This document shows positions 1 through 9,339 of a DNA stretch of 64,000 nucleotides, piece by piece. The notes under the pieces were generated by a model. That model was not told the DNA's origin and ran no database searches. It saw nothing but the letters and a program-made list of their open reading frames with translations. This DNA is from Bdellovibrionales bacterium (lineage in GTDB: Bacteria > Bdellovibrionota > Bdellovibrionia > Bdellovibrionales > UBA1609). Each line of letters begins with the position of its first letter. The stretch's first letter is position 1. Made by a program: the position numbers and the translations under genes. The stretch lies in contig OZ241329.1 of NCBI GenBank assembly GCA_965199825.1, forward strand, positions 2,641,869 to 2,705,868, written 5' to 3'.

Positions 1-82
1 GAACTTTGTTGCAACAACCTCAACGCGACCCAACGGCGAGTATTCTTGGACTCGATCTTGAGTACAAGTTAGAATTTCGCTG

Positions 83-2917
83 ATGGTTTTATTGGTTTTG
101 ATATTTCAATTTTGTTTTGCACTTCAGACTTCAGGACTATTTGAGGGCGATAAGATTGATCTGTCCCATTCAAAAACGGCTGAAGACTTCGATGAGATTA
201 TTAGAAAATTAATGCTCACGGGGCATTATCAAAAAGTCTCTGTGGTCACCGCGGCCGAAGGTTTAAAGATTGAAGCCCAACCGATCCACCGCGTGCGCGC
301 GCTCGTTCTTAAAGGAAATAAAAATTTTAGCAGCCGAGAACTTGTGGCTGTCACCAAAATTAATGTGGGCGACCGCTTTGACCGTGATAAAATCACCCAA
401 CAGATTTCACAACTCAAAGCCTTTTACGGTGAAAATGGATTTTACAATGCGGTTATCGAACTTGAATTTTTAAAACAAACCAATGGCGATTTTATTATAC
501 AAGTTTCGATTGACGAGAAAAACCCATGTCAGATTCAAGCGATCTTGATTGAATCGCCAAACATTTATTTACAAAAAAAAATAAAAGAAAATCTTAAGCA
601 TTATCTTAAAAAACCGCTTTCTGAAAATGCACGGGTCTCAATCCAAAATGAGATCAATGAATACCTCACCGAAGAGCATTTTTTGCGCTCTGAACTCAAA
701 GATTTCGAGGTTCAATACAATCCCGAAAAAACCAAGGTCACCCTCGTTTACACCATTTCCGATGGGGTCCAGTACGATGTTGTCCCCATCGGGATCGAAA
801 AAATAAGTGCGATCGAATTTTATCAATCCCTCAACTTAAGCCATATCGAAAGAACAAGCCTTGATCCTTCGGTCACACTCATAGATCGAGTTAAAACTTA
901 TTATCTCAGCCGCGGATACGCCAATGTGATGATAAAAACCTTGATCGAGGAGCGCTCAAAATTTATCAAGCGCCTTAAGATGATTGTTCGCGAAGGGGGC
1001 CTTGTTCGGCTTCAAGCGATCAATGTGGTTGGCCGCATCTCGCGCTCGCCGTCTTACTATTCCAATTTTATAATCGACGCGAGCTCGCCTCTTTTGCAGC
1101 TGGGTTACTACAATCGACAGGATGTCGAAATTGGTTCAAAAAATCTGATGACCCAACTCAAAAATGAAGGATTTTTAAAAGCGCGACTTCAATCCACCCG
1201 CTCCGAATTTTCAAGTGACAAAAAAAGTGCATCCGTTGAGGTCAATCTTGATGAAGGCCCTCTTTGTCAGGTGAGACAAGTGAGCTTTGAGGGAATCAAA
1301 GCCTTCTCGAATCTTGAGCTGAGCGAAGTGATTCCCACCAAAGCCAATCAACCCCTGATCATGGGCGATGTCGAAAAAAGCTTAGACCTCTTAAAAAAAT
1401 ATTATTTTGCTCGTGGTTATCTCGAGATGAAAATCTTAAATTCTGACGACAAGCTGATTGATTATAATGATCAAGGAACTCAAGCTAATTTGCATTTTAG
1501 AATTTTTGAAGGCCCGCGAATTCGGGTTTCGCAAATTGTGGTTGAAGGAAATAATTTTACCGACTCTCGTGTGGTGTTGCGAGAAATTGCGATCCATCCC
1601 GGTGACATTTTAAAATATGATGATATCGAACTCTCAACAGTTCGCCTTAATAAATTTGGGATATTTTCGCGTGTCGAGATTCATACCCTTGAAGACAATA
1701 CAGATTTATCCGACCGCACCCTGATTGTTTCAGTCACAGAGCGCGAACCCGGAATTTTTCGTTACGGCGCAGGTGTGAACAGTTCGCGTGGGGTTTCGCT
1801 TCGCGGTTTTACCGGGCTCAATTATAATAATTTATTTGGAACAGGCCGTGCTCTCAGCGCCCGCATCGAGGCAAATTATAATCTGACCAATGTGCAGTTT
1901 TTGGAAAATAAAATTGCCGCCGGATATTTTGAGCCATTTTTATTTGGCACCCGAACTCGGGGCCGTATCAATGTGTCTCGCGGACAATATGTTTTTTATT
2001 GGGCGCAACATTATGATTTTTCGGGTCAATCGCAGGATGTAGGATCTTACACAGTTCTCGATACAAATAACCGCATCGATTTTTTACTTGAGCGCGATAT
2101 TGGTAAACGCATTCGATTGATCTGGACACTTTTAGGAATCGATTCGCAATTTACCTACGAAAGAAACAATCATCCCATTGCAATCACTCCACAGGTTGTC
2201 CAAAGCAACGAGACACGGGTCAACTCCATTGGACCCACCATCGACTTTGATTATCGCGACAATCCTTTTTTACCCACCAAAGGACACTATGCCCGGTTTG
2301 ATGCGGCTTATGCCGATCCGAGTTTTGGGGGTTCAAAGGAAGTACAATTTATAAAAACCGAAGCCACCTACAGCTACTATAAAACTCTTGGTGCAACCCG
2401 CCTTGTTTGGACCAACTCGGTGCGCGGAGGCTACGAGACAAGTCTGTTGCGGCAAACCGATAGCAGTGGAAATATTGTGAGTGGGATCCCTGCGTCCTAC
2501 GCCTTTTTTCTTGGCGGCTTTAACACAATTCGAGGATTTGATCCGACCAATCCGAATGAAAGAATTCCGGCAAATTATGATGTGCCATTTACTTATCCAA
2601 ATGAATTGATCATTCATAAAGACAGTTCGTTTTATCTTTTAAAAACCGAATTGCGGTTTCCAATTGTGGGCGATTTTGGTGGGGTGGTTTTTTACGATGG
2701 AGGAAGTGTTCAAGTGACCGGGCACCGTTTTCGTCATCCCTACCGTCACAGTGTGGGCTTCGGAGTTCGTATCAACACCCCTGTTGGGCCTGCAAGTCTC
2801 GATATTGGCTTTAAAATTAATCCGTTAAATGAGTATATGTATGACAATGCCCAACAGGCTAATTTCTTGTTGAATGAGCCGCCTGTGCGAGTCCATTTTT
2901 ATATCGGTACATTTTAA
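83..2917 (+). CDS. bamA: Outer membrane protein assembly factor BamA (Omp85/D15 family)
   Basis: 944-aa ORF. It has a hydrophobic N-terminal signal-like segment (MVLLVLIFQFCFALQ) and a long N-terminal region with POTRA-like repeats (e.g. VVEGNNFTDSRVVLREI...GDIL). The C-terminal beta-barrel carries the Omp85-type motif FFLGGFNTIRGF and ends in an aromatic residue (YIGTF). Confidence 0.85.
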   Translation: MVLLVLIFQFCFALQTSGLFEGDKIDLSHSKTAEDFDEIIRKLMLTGHYQKVSVVTAAEGLKIEAQPIHRVRALVLKGNKNFSSRELVAVTKINVGDRFDRDKITQQISQLKAFYGENGFYNAVIELEFLKQTNGDFIIQVSIDEKNPCQIQAILIESPNIYLQKKIKENLKHYLKKPLSENARVSIQNEINEYLTEEHFLRSELKDFEVQYNPEKTKVTLVYTISDGVQYDVVPIGIEKISAIEFYQSLNLSHIERTSLDPSVTLIDRVKTYYLSRGYANVMIKTLIEERSKFIKRLKMIVREGGLVRLQAINVVGRISRSPSYYSNFIIDASSPLLQLGYYNRQDVEIGSKNLMTQLKNEGFLKARLQSTRSEFSSDKKSASVEVNLDEGPLCQVRQVSFEGIKAFSNLELSEVIPTKANQPLIMGDVEKSLDLLKKYYFARGYLEMKILNSDDKLIDYNDQGTQANLHFRIFEGPRIRVSQIVVEGNNFTDSRVVLREIAIHPGDILKYDDIELSTVRLNKFGIFSRVEIHTLEDNTDLSDRTLIVSVTEREPGIFRYGAGVNSSRGVSLRGFTGLNYNNLFGTGRALSARIEANYNLTNVQFLENKIAAGYFEPFLFGTRTRGRINVSRGQYVFYWAQHYDFSGQSQDVGSYTVLDTNNRIDFLLERDIGKRIRLIWTLLGIDSQFTYERNNHPIAITPQVVQSNETRVNSIGPTIDFDYRDNPFLPTKGHYARFDAAYADPSFGGSKEVQFIKTEATYSYYKTLGATRLVWTNSVRGGYETSLLRQTDSSGNIVSGIPASYAFFLGGFNTIRGFDPTNPNERIPANYDVPFTYPNELIIHKDSSFYLLKTELRFPIVGDFGGVVFYDGGSVQVTGHRFRHPYRHSVGFGVRINTPVGPASLDIGFKINPLNEYMYDNAQQANFLLNEPPVRVHFYIGTF

Positions 2918-2927
2918 GGGAGGGTTT

Positions 2928-3509
2928 ATGATTTTTTTATTTTTATTTCATTTTGCAAGCGCACAAACATCCGATTGGTTTCCCCACTACCTGAAATGTT
3001 TTAATCAGTTTCAAAATCAAAATGCGATTGCCGCCAAAAATGGAGCATTTGTCTTTTTGGAAGACTCACCCATTTTTATTCCTCACACTGGCGAAAAAGT
3101 TGGGATTTATCGTATCCGCTCAGGAAAACAAAATTTTTATGTTTCGATTGCTAAAGATCTTTCGACGGTGATTTCGAAAAAACCGATTCCACATGCACAG
3201 GACGTTCGATCTCGTCCCACTTTTACTCCTGTTCTCCAAAATGCAATGATCGAGTTTTTTGAAAAAAACTTAAACAGTTTACAAATAAAATATATTGACC
3301 GCACCGGATATGAATTGGATGACGAAAAAAAACAAGCTCTTAAACATAACAGCGACATTAAGACTCAGCTTGAAATTTGTGATAAAGAAATTCGACAAAC
3401 CCCAAAGCCGCCGCCAGCGCTGCTTGACCATCTCAAAAGTAAAATTGCAGAGTGCAATGTGCCGATTCCAGGTGGACTTCCGGGCTATGGCAGAAGTCGC
3501 CCGCACTAA
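2928..3509 (+). CDS. Hypothetical exported protein
   Basis: The internal ATG at 2928 is preceded by aagggaggg (a Shine-Dalgarno-like sequence) and gives the signal peptide MIFLFLFHFASAQ. The upstream extension to 2874 overlaps the bamA end and is unlikely. No domain recognised. Confidence 0.55.
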   Translation: MIFLFLFHFASAQTSDWFPHYLKCFNQFQNQNAIAAKNGAFVFLEDSPIFIPHTGEKVGIYRIRSGKQNFYVSIAKDLSTVISKKPIPHAQDVRSRPTFTPVLQNAMIEFFEKNLNSLQIKYIDRTGYELDDEKKQALKHNSDIKTQLEICDKEIRQTPKPPPALLDHLKSKIAECNVPIPGGLPGYGRSRPH

Positions 3510-4243
3510 TCTTTAATAAATTTGGCCCAAAATATAGGACCCTGATTATCTGAATCATCGGGCAAGATGGTTTGATGGGCCAAAAGTTTAACTTTGCCTT
3601 TTTTTAAAAAACGTTCGACCACTTGCTCATTTTCCACAGGCGAAATCGAGCACGTACTATAAACCAACTGTCCCTCGCTCTTTAAAGCTTCGCGAGCCGA
3701 ACACAAAAGCGCCATTTGTCGATGCGATAAATTTTTTGACCGCTTTAGCGTCCAAGTCTTGAGCTGTTGAGGTTTTTGCATCTGATGCCTTTCGCCTGAG
3801 CACGGCGCATCGACCAGGACGGCATCAAAGTCCTTTGTGATTCGCCGATAAAACAAACTGCCATCTCCTTGAGTGAAAGTCAGGCGAGAATACTCCTCCG
3901 ACAAAAGATGCGACTTCATCACATTTTTGAGCCGAATCAGTCGATCAAGTGAGTATTCATTGAGATGAAGCTCGATTGCTGTTTTGGTGAAGAGGGCCAA
4001 AGCCTTGCCACCAGGTGCGGCACACAGATCCAAAACTTTATCATTTTGCTTAAGATCGAAAGCTTCCACAGGTCGGAGTGACGCTTGATCAAGGAGGTAG
4101 GGTTGCTGCGAGGTTTGAAGTTCAATCTTTATTCGTGGCTTGAGCATCGCCGCTTTAAGAGTGGGCCAGCGCTGTTGATAAATTGAGGTGAAATACTCAT
4201 CAAAGGTCATTGGATTTTTTAAGATACATAGATGAGTTTGCAA
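3506..4243 (-). CDS. NOL1/NOP2/Sun (RsmB/RsmF-type) SAM-dependent RNA cytosine-C5 methyltransferase
   Basis: Motifs seen: DLCAAPGGK (SAM binding), VDAPCSGE (motif IV Cys) and YSTCS (motif VI Cys). It is a short form without a NusB-like N-terminal domain. An alternative start is at 4210. Confidence 0.85.
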   Translation of the reverse strand: MQTHLCILKNPMTFDEYFTSIYQQRWPTLKAAMLKPRIKIELQTSQQPYLLDQASLRPVEAFDLKQNDKVLDLCAAPGGKALALFTKTAIELHLNEYSLDRLIRLKNVMKSHLLSEEYSRLTFTQGDGSLFYRRITKDFDAVLVDAPCSGERHQMQKPQQLKTWTLKRSKNLSHRQMALLCSAREALKSEGQLVYSTCSISPVENEQVVERFLKKGKVKLLAHQTILPDDSDNQGPIFWAKFIKD

Positions 4244-4575
4244 AGGGAAATTGTCGTGCCCGCGGTTTGTTTTTGCTGAGGCTCTGAAAATGATTTTCTT
4301 AAAACGAACCGTTCGAGAATTCTTCCAATCGCATAAAAATATTTTGAAATTTAATTCGATTTATTTATGAAATTAATTGACACGTTTTTTTTCTGGTTCT
4401 TTTAGATAGCGTGACGTATCAGACGCGCAAGTTATGTTTTTAATTGCGATTGACCCCTTGATGATAATTATGGCCAAAAATCTCATCACCATTTAACTCT
4501 CAGCAACCAATCCTACCAAAGTCAAAAATGTGATTTTGAAAACCCATGATACATTCCTATAAATAGGAGATATTT

Positions 4576-5433
4576 ATGGATCATCACAAAATTCATTCTC
4601 ACGCCGTCATAGCGGCGAATGCCCACAGAAAATCTGAAATAGAATTGCTCAACGCTTTAGGAGTGGTTTGGACTAATAAAACTTATTATGAATTTGGCTG
4701 CCGCTCTTTGTTTGAATATCCCACCAAACAACTCAAACTCTCTGAAGAGATGGCAAGCATCGTAAATAAAATTGCAAAAAAATTTACTGAACTCCCTGAG
4801 CTCAAATTAGGAATGGAGACAGGAGAGCTTTCGCTTTCAAAGGTAAATCGCATTACCGCGGTCGTTAACAAAGACAACGTTCATCATTGGATGGATCTTG
4901 CCAAAGGCAGTAAACGCAATCTTGAAAAAGAAATTGCAAAAGTCCAACCCGAGAAAGCAATTCCTGAGCGGGCACGATACCAAAAAGCTGGAGATACACT
5001 GAGAGTTTCGATTTCTTTTTCGGTGACTCAAGAAGAGTATGCGGTGTTTGAACGGACTCGGGATTTATTAAGTCAAAAACTAAAACGTTCTGTCACAATG
5101 GGCGAGGTTCAGACAATAGCAGTTCAGGAACTCAACCAAAAATTAGATCCTCTTAAAAAACCTATCTCTAAAAACACAGCGGGCACGACAAAACTTACTG
5201 GCATTTTGAGACGAAAAGTTCATCACAATTTTGAGAGCCAATGCACTCATGTCGACTCGACAGGAGCGCGCTGCACCCAGCGCCGTCATTTGGATGTTCA
5301 TCATATTATACCTAAATCAATGGGGGGTGCTGACACCGAAGAGAATCTGACACTACTGTGTTCAGGGCATCATCGTGCCCATCATCACTTTAATTTACGT
5401 TTTGGCAAAGAGTCGACTGACACCACAATTTGA
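4576..5433 (+). CDS. HNH endonuclease domain protein (DUF222-like architecture)
   Basis: C-terminal HNH signature HLDVHHIIPKSMGGADTEENLTLLCSGHHRAHH. A long helical N-terminal region resembles the stand-alone HNH/13E12-type proteins. The start has a good RBS (aggaga N6 ATG). Confidence 0.8.
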   Translation: MDHHKIHSHAVIAANAHRKSEIELLNALGVVWTNKTYYEFGCRSLFEYPTKQLKLSEEMASIVNKIAKKFTELPELKLGMETGELSLSKVNRITAVVNKDNVHHWMDLAKGSKRNLEKEIAKVQPEKAIPERARYQKAGDTLRVSISFSVTQEEYAVFERTRDLLSQKLKRSVTMGEVQTIAVQELNQKLDPLKKPISKNTAGTTKLTGILRRKVHHNFESQCTHVDSTGARCTQRRHLDVHHIIPKSMGGADTEENLTLLCSGHHRAHHHFNLRFGKESTDTTI

Positions 5434-6856
5434 TCGCAGCCGAAGATTTGGTAAACAAAGATTTGCCAATTCCTGCGGTCACTTCGCTTTGGGCGCCTTC
5501 GTAAGTAGGCAGACGACCCGAAACGATTTGCATCCCTGGAGTGCTTGCTTGTTGAGACGCCAAATCTCTTGAAGCGGTTAAACTTCCATCAAGTGCCGAT
5601 GCGGTTGAAAAACTAGAGGATGCGGTTTGCACATTGACCGCTGTGGTCGAAGTGGTAGGTGCAGTTGCGTAGGTCGTAAAATAAGGATCGGCGGGGCAGC
5701 TGGTCTGCATCACACTCAATTGGTTTTGTGAGTATTGACCCACACATAAACTAGGATTGTTTGTACATATAGGACTTGTCATTGTGGTTTGCTGCACACA
5801 ACTTGGACAGCTGCTGCGTCCTGCAGTTTGGCAATAACGCCAGCCGACTGTTGCTCGGCAGTAGGCTGTTGAAGTTCCTGCCCCAGAACCATTGGGCACA
5901 ACTCCTCCACCCGCATCTGTTCCATCACCAAGACCGCAATAAGAGTTTGCAAAAAGCTGGCACTGACTTCCGGTTGGCGCTGTTAAACATCGACTGACGT
6001 AGGCCGACGCACACGCCGAATTGGTATAGGTGCCGGCCGATGTGCAATCGGAACTGGCTGTCGAAAATCCAGCCGTAATCGATGTCGCAGCCGAACTTGA
6101 TGCCGCAGCTGCTGCAGACGCAGAGGCCGACGCATCAATCTGTTTTTGTTTATCTTCGCCCGCAGATTTTCCAAGCATGTATCCCGCACCCGCTCCGACC
6201 ACCGCAGTTCCGGCTGGGATGAGCCAGTTGGCGTTTTTGGAGAGGAAGCCGCTACTGTCTTCCTTCGTTGTACTCGCATTTTTAATTTGATCAGAAATTC
6301 CCGCAGTTTTTGATAGCGCCGCTGCATAGCTACCAGCTCCAGCAGTTGCAGTAGCTCCAACTTTCAACATCAATGCATCACAAGCTTTTGATAACGTGCC
6401 CAGATCAATAACGGACTGGAGTAATTTTTGTCTCTGTGGGCCTGGTGGTGCAGATTGCGCGGCTGTACTCTCACTTTTGATGGCCGCATCACAAGTCGTT
6501 TTGCAAGTGGTACCTTGTTCAGTACACGCAGCACCAACAAGATTAAGTGCGTCCCGGCCAGACATAAAAACATCACCCATTTTGGCTGCCTGTGAGACTG
6601 CATCTGCTGACCCTGTTGTATCGACACTGGTGGGTGCATTGGCTTTTGTTGTCGCTGCAGCGTCGATAGCTGGTTTAGCGGACGCACAAACCGCGGCACA
6701 TTTATTCTCACCCGTAAAAAAAGCTAAACAACTCTTTGAGTTTGGATCAGCCACCGCAGATTTCGGTACTACCGCCTGAAGGACTTCAGCCGTTGGGCAG
6801 TCTTGCGCAAATACCGGAGACGCCGCCATAGCTAACAATAATATCAATAACTGCAT
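5390..6856 (-). CDS. Exported Ala/Ser/Thr/Cys-rich low-complexity protein, unknown function
   Basis: Signal peptide MQLLILLLAMAASPVFAQD. There are more than 20 Cys residues, a central Gly/Ala hydrophobic segment (WLIPAGTAVVGAGAGYMLG) and poly-Ala/Ser tracts. It is clearly more GC-rich than its flanks. Several long shadow ORFs occur in other frames. Confidence 0.6.
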   Translation of the reverse strand: MQLLILLLAMAASPVFAQDCPTAEVLQAVVPKSAVADPNSKSCLAFFTGENKCAAVCASAKPAIDAAATTKANAPTSVDTTGSADAVSQAAKMGDVFMSGRDALNLVGAACTEQGTTCKTTCDAAIKSESTAAQSAPPGPQRQKLLQSVIDLGTLSKACDALMLKVGATATAGAGSYAAALSKTAGISDQIKNASTTKEDSSGFLSKNANWLIPAGTAVVGAGAGYMLGKSAGEDKQKQIDASASASAAAAASSSAATSITAGFSTASSDCTSAGTYTNSACASAYVSRCLTAPTGSQCQLFANSYCGLGDGTDAGGGVVPNGSGAGTSTAYCRATVGWRYCQTAGRSSCPSCVQQTTMTSPICTNNPSLCVGQYSQNQLSVMQTSCPADPYFTTYATAPTTSTTAVNVQTASSSFSTASALDGSLTASRDLASQQASTPGMQIVSGRLPTYEGAQSEVTAGIGKSLFTKSSAAIKLWCQSTLCQNVN

Positions 6857-7125
6857 TCAAATCCCCCTCCTCATATTATGCCCCAAACCTATACAGTTGA
6901 GCGCAATTTTTGGCATCGTGACAGTCGATTGCCAAAAATAAGTGTGAGTTTCACGACTTGGGTCCGGCTCAGTCTGAGACAGGTGTCACCGACTGACACA
7001 CTTGTCGCTCCTGTAACCGATTCTAAATATTTTTTATTTTGTTAAAAGAAGAGCCCTATCAAAAATAAATCAAAGCTAAATCCCCTTGATTTTGATAAAG
7101 AGAGCTGCGAGGTCTTTTGTAAACA

Positions 7126-7749
7126 ATGTTTAAAAAATCAATTCTCATAATCCTTTGCTTCTGTGCAGCTCAGGCTTTGGCAAATTCTAAATATCTCATC
7201 AATCTCGATCGCGACAAGCGCCCCTGGTCGGTGGATGTGGTGAGCGATGCAGGCTTTTCGCGCAAAAACGGTCGCATCGCAGATGCCACTCCTGAGATGA
7301 GGGAGCCGGGCCAGATTTTGGAAAGGATGTTTGAGAATCTTAAGTTTATCGAGAAGATTGCATCACAGTATCCAATTCCATCTTCACATTATCCAGATCG
7401 AAATTTAGTGAGTTTGGGTGAATTTTTAAATGAGTTGCTCAACGCTCCCGAAATCCCGGTTAAAAATATCCAAGTGGGTTTGGAACGGCGAAGTGTTTCG
7501 GAATACTTTTTAAGCGAAATCAAATCGAATCTTGAGTTTCTCAATCGTCCACTTTTTTCCAGTCAAAATTTGGTAGCAGGCGAAGTTAAAAAAATGGTTC
7601 GCCATGATGAGCAATCCAGAAAAGCTTTGTTTAAAATCTTGAAAGTCAGCTCGCTCCAAGAACTGATTCGAAAAGTCGAATCACGATTTGGACCCTGTCA
7701 GTCCGAGCTCTCGGCTAATGCGGAGAGCGCAGACCCTGCAGTACGATAG
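7126..7749 (+). CDS. Hypothetical exported protein
   Basis: Signal peptide MFKKSILIILCFCAAQALA. No recognisable domain. The 3' end overlaps the convergent GNAT gene. Confidence 0.55.
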   Translation: MFKKSILIILCFCAAQALANSKYLINLDRDKRPWSVDVVSDAGFSRKNGRIADATPEMREPGQILERMFENLKFIEKIASQYPIPSSHYPDRNLVSLGEFLNELLNAPEIPVKNIQVGLERRSVSEYFLSEIKSNLEFLNRPLFSSQNLVAGEVKKMVRHDEQSRKALFKILKVSSLQELIRKVESRFGPCQSELSANAESADPAVR

Positions 7750-8183
7750 ACGGTCCATTCGCTTTGGGGACGAGCACCAAGCGATTCATAAAAATCAATG
7801 GCTCGTTGATTCCAATTTAAAACAGACCATTCGAGTCGTCCACAGCCGCGCTCAACCGCTATTTGCGAAAGCTTGCGCAATAAAGATTCTCCCACCCCTT
7901 TGCCCCGCGCTTCGGGCAGCACAAATAAATCCTCGAGGTAAATTCCGGGCTTGGCCAAAAAAGTCGAATAGCTATGAAAAAAGAGGGCAAAACCTTTTGG
8001 CTCATTTTCAAGCTCAGCAATTAAAACTTCGGCAAAGGGTTTGGCCCCAAATAAGGTTTGGAGCAGTTGATCTTCGGTTGCAACACACTTATCAGCAAGC
8101 TTTTCGAACTCAGCAAGCTGACGAATAAAAAACAAAATAATAGAAAGGTCGGCCTTGGCCGCAAAGCGAATCTTAGGCTTCAT
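7698..8183 (-). CDS. GNAT family N-acetyltransferase (diamine/SSAT-like)
   Basis: Acetyl-CoA binding motif ARGKGVGESLL and a C-terminal NxxAIxFYESLGA motif. The start is set at the ATG at 8183 (MKPKIRFA...), because the longer ORF to 8252 has an implausible N-terminus. Confidence 0.8.
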   Translation of the reverse strand: MKPKIRFAAKADLSIILFFIRQLAEFEKLADKCVATEDQLLQTLFGAKPFAEVLIAELENEPKGFALFFHSYSTFLAKPGIYLEDLFVLPEARGKGVGESLLRKLSQIAVERGCGRLEWSVLNWNQRAIDFYESLGARPQSEWTVYRTAGSALSALAESSD

Positions 8184-8673
8184 GAAAATTCTTAAGCGGT
8201 TTGTAAGCATAAGCCGCCTTGATAAATATAAATGAAAATAAAATTGTTCCAATCAAACTGCGCTCAAAAAAGGGCAGAGCGAAAACATAGCTTCCCCAAA
8301 GACCCGATGAGGTCAGCGGATAAAGGCGACCATCCACCCAAACCGCAAAATTGCTGATAAAGAAAAATAAAATATTCACCACAACGCTTGAGCGCAAGAT
8401 TGTGACGGTGGATGCGGTGCCAGGACTTAAAAAAATCATCGCGGCATACAAAGGATATCCAAGAATGCTTGAAGTTGAGAAACCAAAAAAGAAATCGGTA
8501 AACAAAACGGCTAGGAGCGTGATCGCCACAGCCAAAGACTGGGGCTTAACAAGATAACCCGTCAGCAACACCAACCCAAAAGTTGGCGAAATCGCCAGCT
8601 GCAAAAATCGACTGACCGCAATGCTCAAAAATAAAAAAAGGCACAAACAAAATTTGCTCTGGCTTTCACTCAC
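8173..8673 (-). CDS. Polytopic small membrane protein (possibly DUF6580-like)
   Basis: 166 aa with 5-6 hydrophobic spans. The segment NFAVW...LYPLTSSGLW..YVFALPFFERS resembles that family from memory only. Confidence 0.5.
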   Translation of the reverse strand: MSESQSKFCLCLFLFLSIAVSRFLQLAISPTFGLVLLTGYLVKPQSLAVAITLLAVLFTDFFFGFSTSSILGYPLYAAMIFLSPGTASTVTILRSSVVVNILFFFISNFAVWVDGRLYPLTSSGLWGSYVFALPFFERSLIGTILFSFIFIKAAYAYKPLKNFHEA

Positions 8674-9286
8674 TTTGAACTCCTTTGGTTTTTATAAATC
8701 CATAGACTAGAGGCAGTAACGACACCAAAATAATGCCAAATATCACATAATGAAATTGGCTTTTTACCACCGGCAATGCACCGAAAAAATGGCCCAGCAG
8801 TAAAAATGAAAACGTCCAAAGACCTCCGCCGAGCATATTGTAGAATGCAAAAGAGGATTTTTCCATTTTGCCCATTCCAGCTGTAAATGGAACAAAGGTT
8901 CGCACCACAGGTAAAAATCGGGCGAGCACAATTGCTTTACCACCGTGAGTATTAAAAAAACGCGAAGCCTCTTTAAGATGTTTGGGATTTAAAAGTCGCG
9001 GTTGTTGAATCAACCATTCACCAAAATAAGAGCCACAAAGATAATTCACAAAATCTCCAGCCACACTCGCCGCGAACAAAATCACTAACAGCAGCGAGAG
9101 CGAGAGAGAATGGGTGGTTGTTAAGGCGCCGAGTGCGAATAAAAACGAATCTCCTGGCAAAAAAGGCGTAATGACCAATCCGGTTTCACAAAAAATAACC
9201 GCAAAGGCGAGAACATAAATCCAAGGACCTAACTGATCCATCCACAAAGCAAGATACACATCGAGATGCAAAAAAATATCAACCAT
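8666..9286 (-). CDS. DedA/SNARE-associated family membrane protein
   Basis: Characteristic [18 protein letters not shown] motif, [22 protein letters not shown], size about 200 aa. Confidence 0.85.
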   Translation of the reverse strand: MVDIFLHLDVYLALWMDQLGPWIYVLAFAVIFCETGLVITPFLPGDSFLFALGALTTTHSLSLSLLLVILFAASVAGDFVNYLCGSYFGEWLIQQPRLLNPKHLKEASRFFNTHGGKAIVLARFLPVVRTFVPFTAGMGKMEKSSFAFYNMLGGGLWTFSFLLLGHFFGALPVVKSQFHYVIFGIILVSLLPLVYGFIKTKGVQSE

Positions 9287-9339
9287 CTCATATTCATCTC
9301 ATTGACCAGCGAAATCACGCAAGGCAAAGTCGACAACTT

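Noticed and set aside
1-72. Open frame running into the window start (..ELCCNNLNATQRRVFLDSILSTS*), possibly the 3' end of an upstream gene.
   Set aside because: At 23 codons it is too short to identify or to distinguish from non-coding sequence. It is not reported as a feature.
5983-6779. Four long ORFs (86-127 aa) in alternative frames and strands inside the 5390-6856 gene.
   Set aside because: - They are Arg/Pro/Ala-rich shadow ORFs typical of a GC-rich, low-complexity coding region.
- None has a start context or a recognisable domain.
- The signal-peptide-bearing frame is the coherent one.
7688-8128. 146-aa plus-strand ORF opposite the GNAT gene.
   Set aside because: The GNAT frame has the acetyl-CoA binding motif. 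The opposite ORF is featureless.
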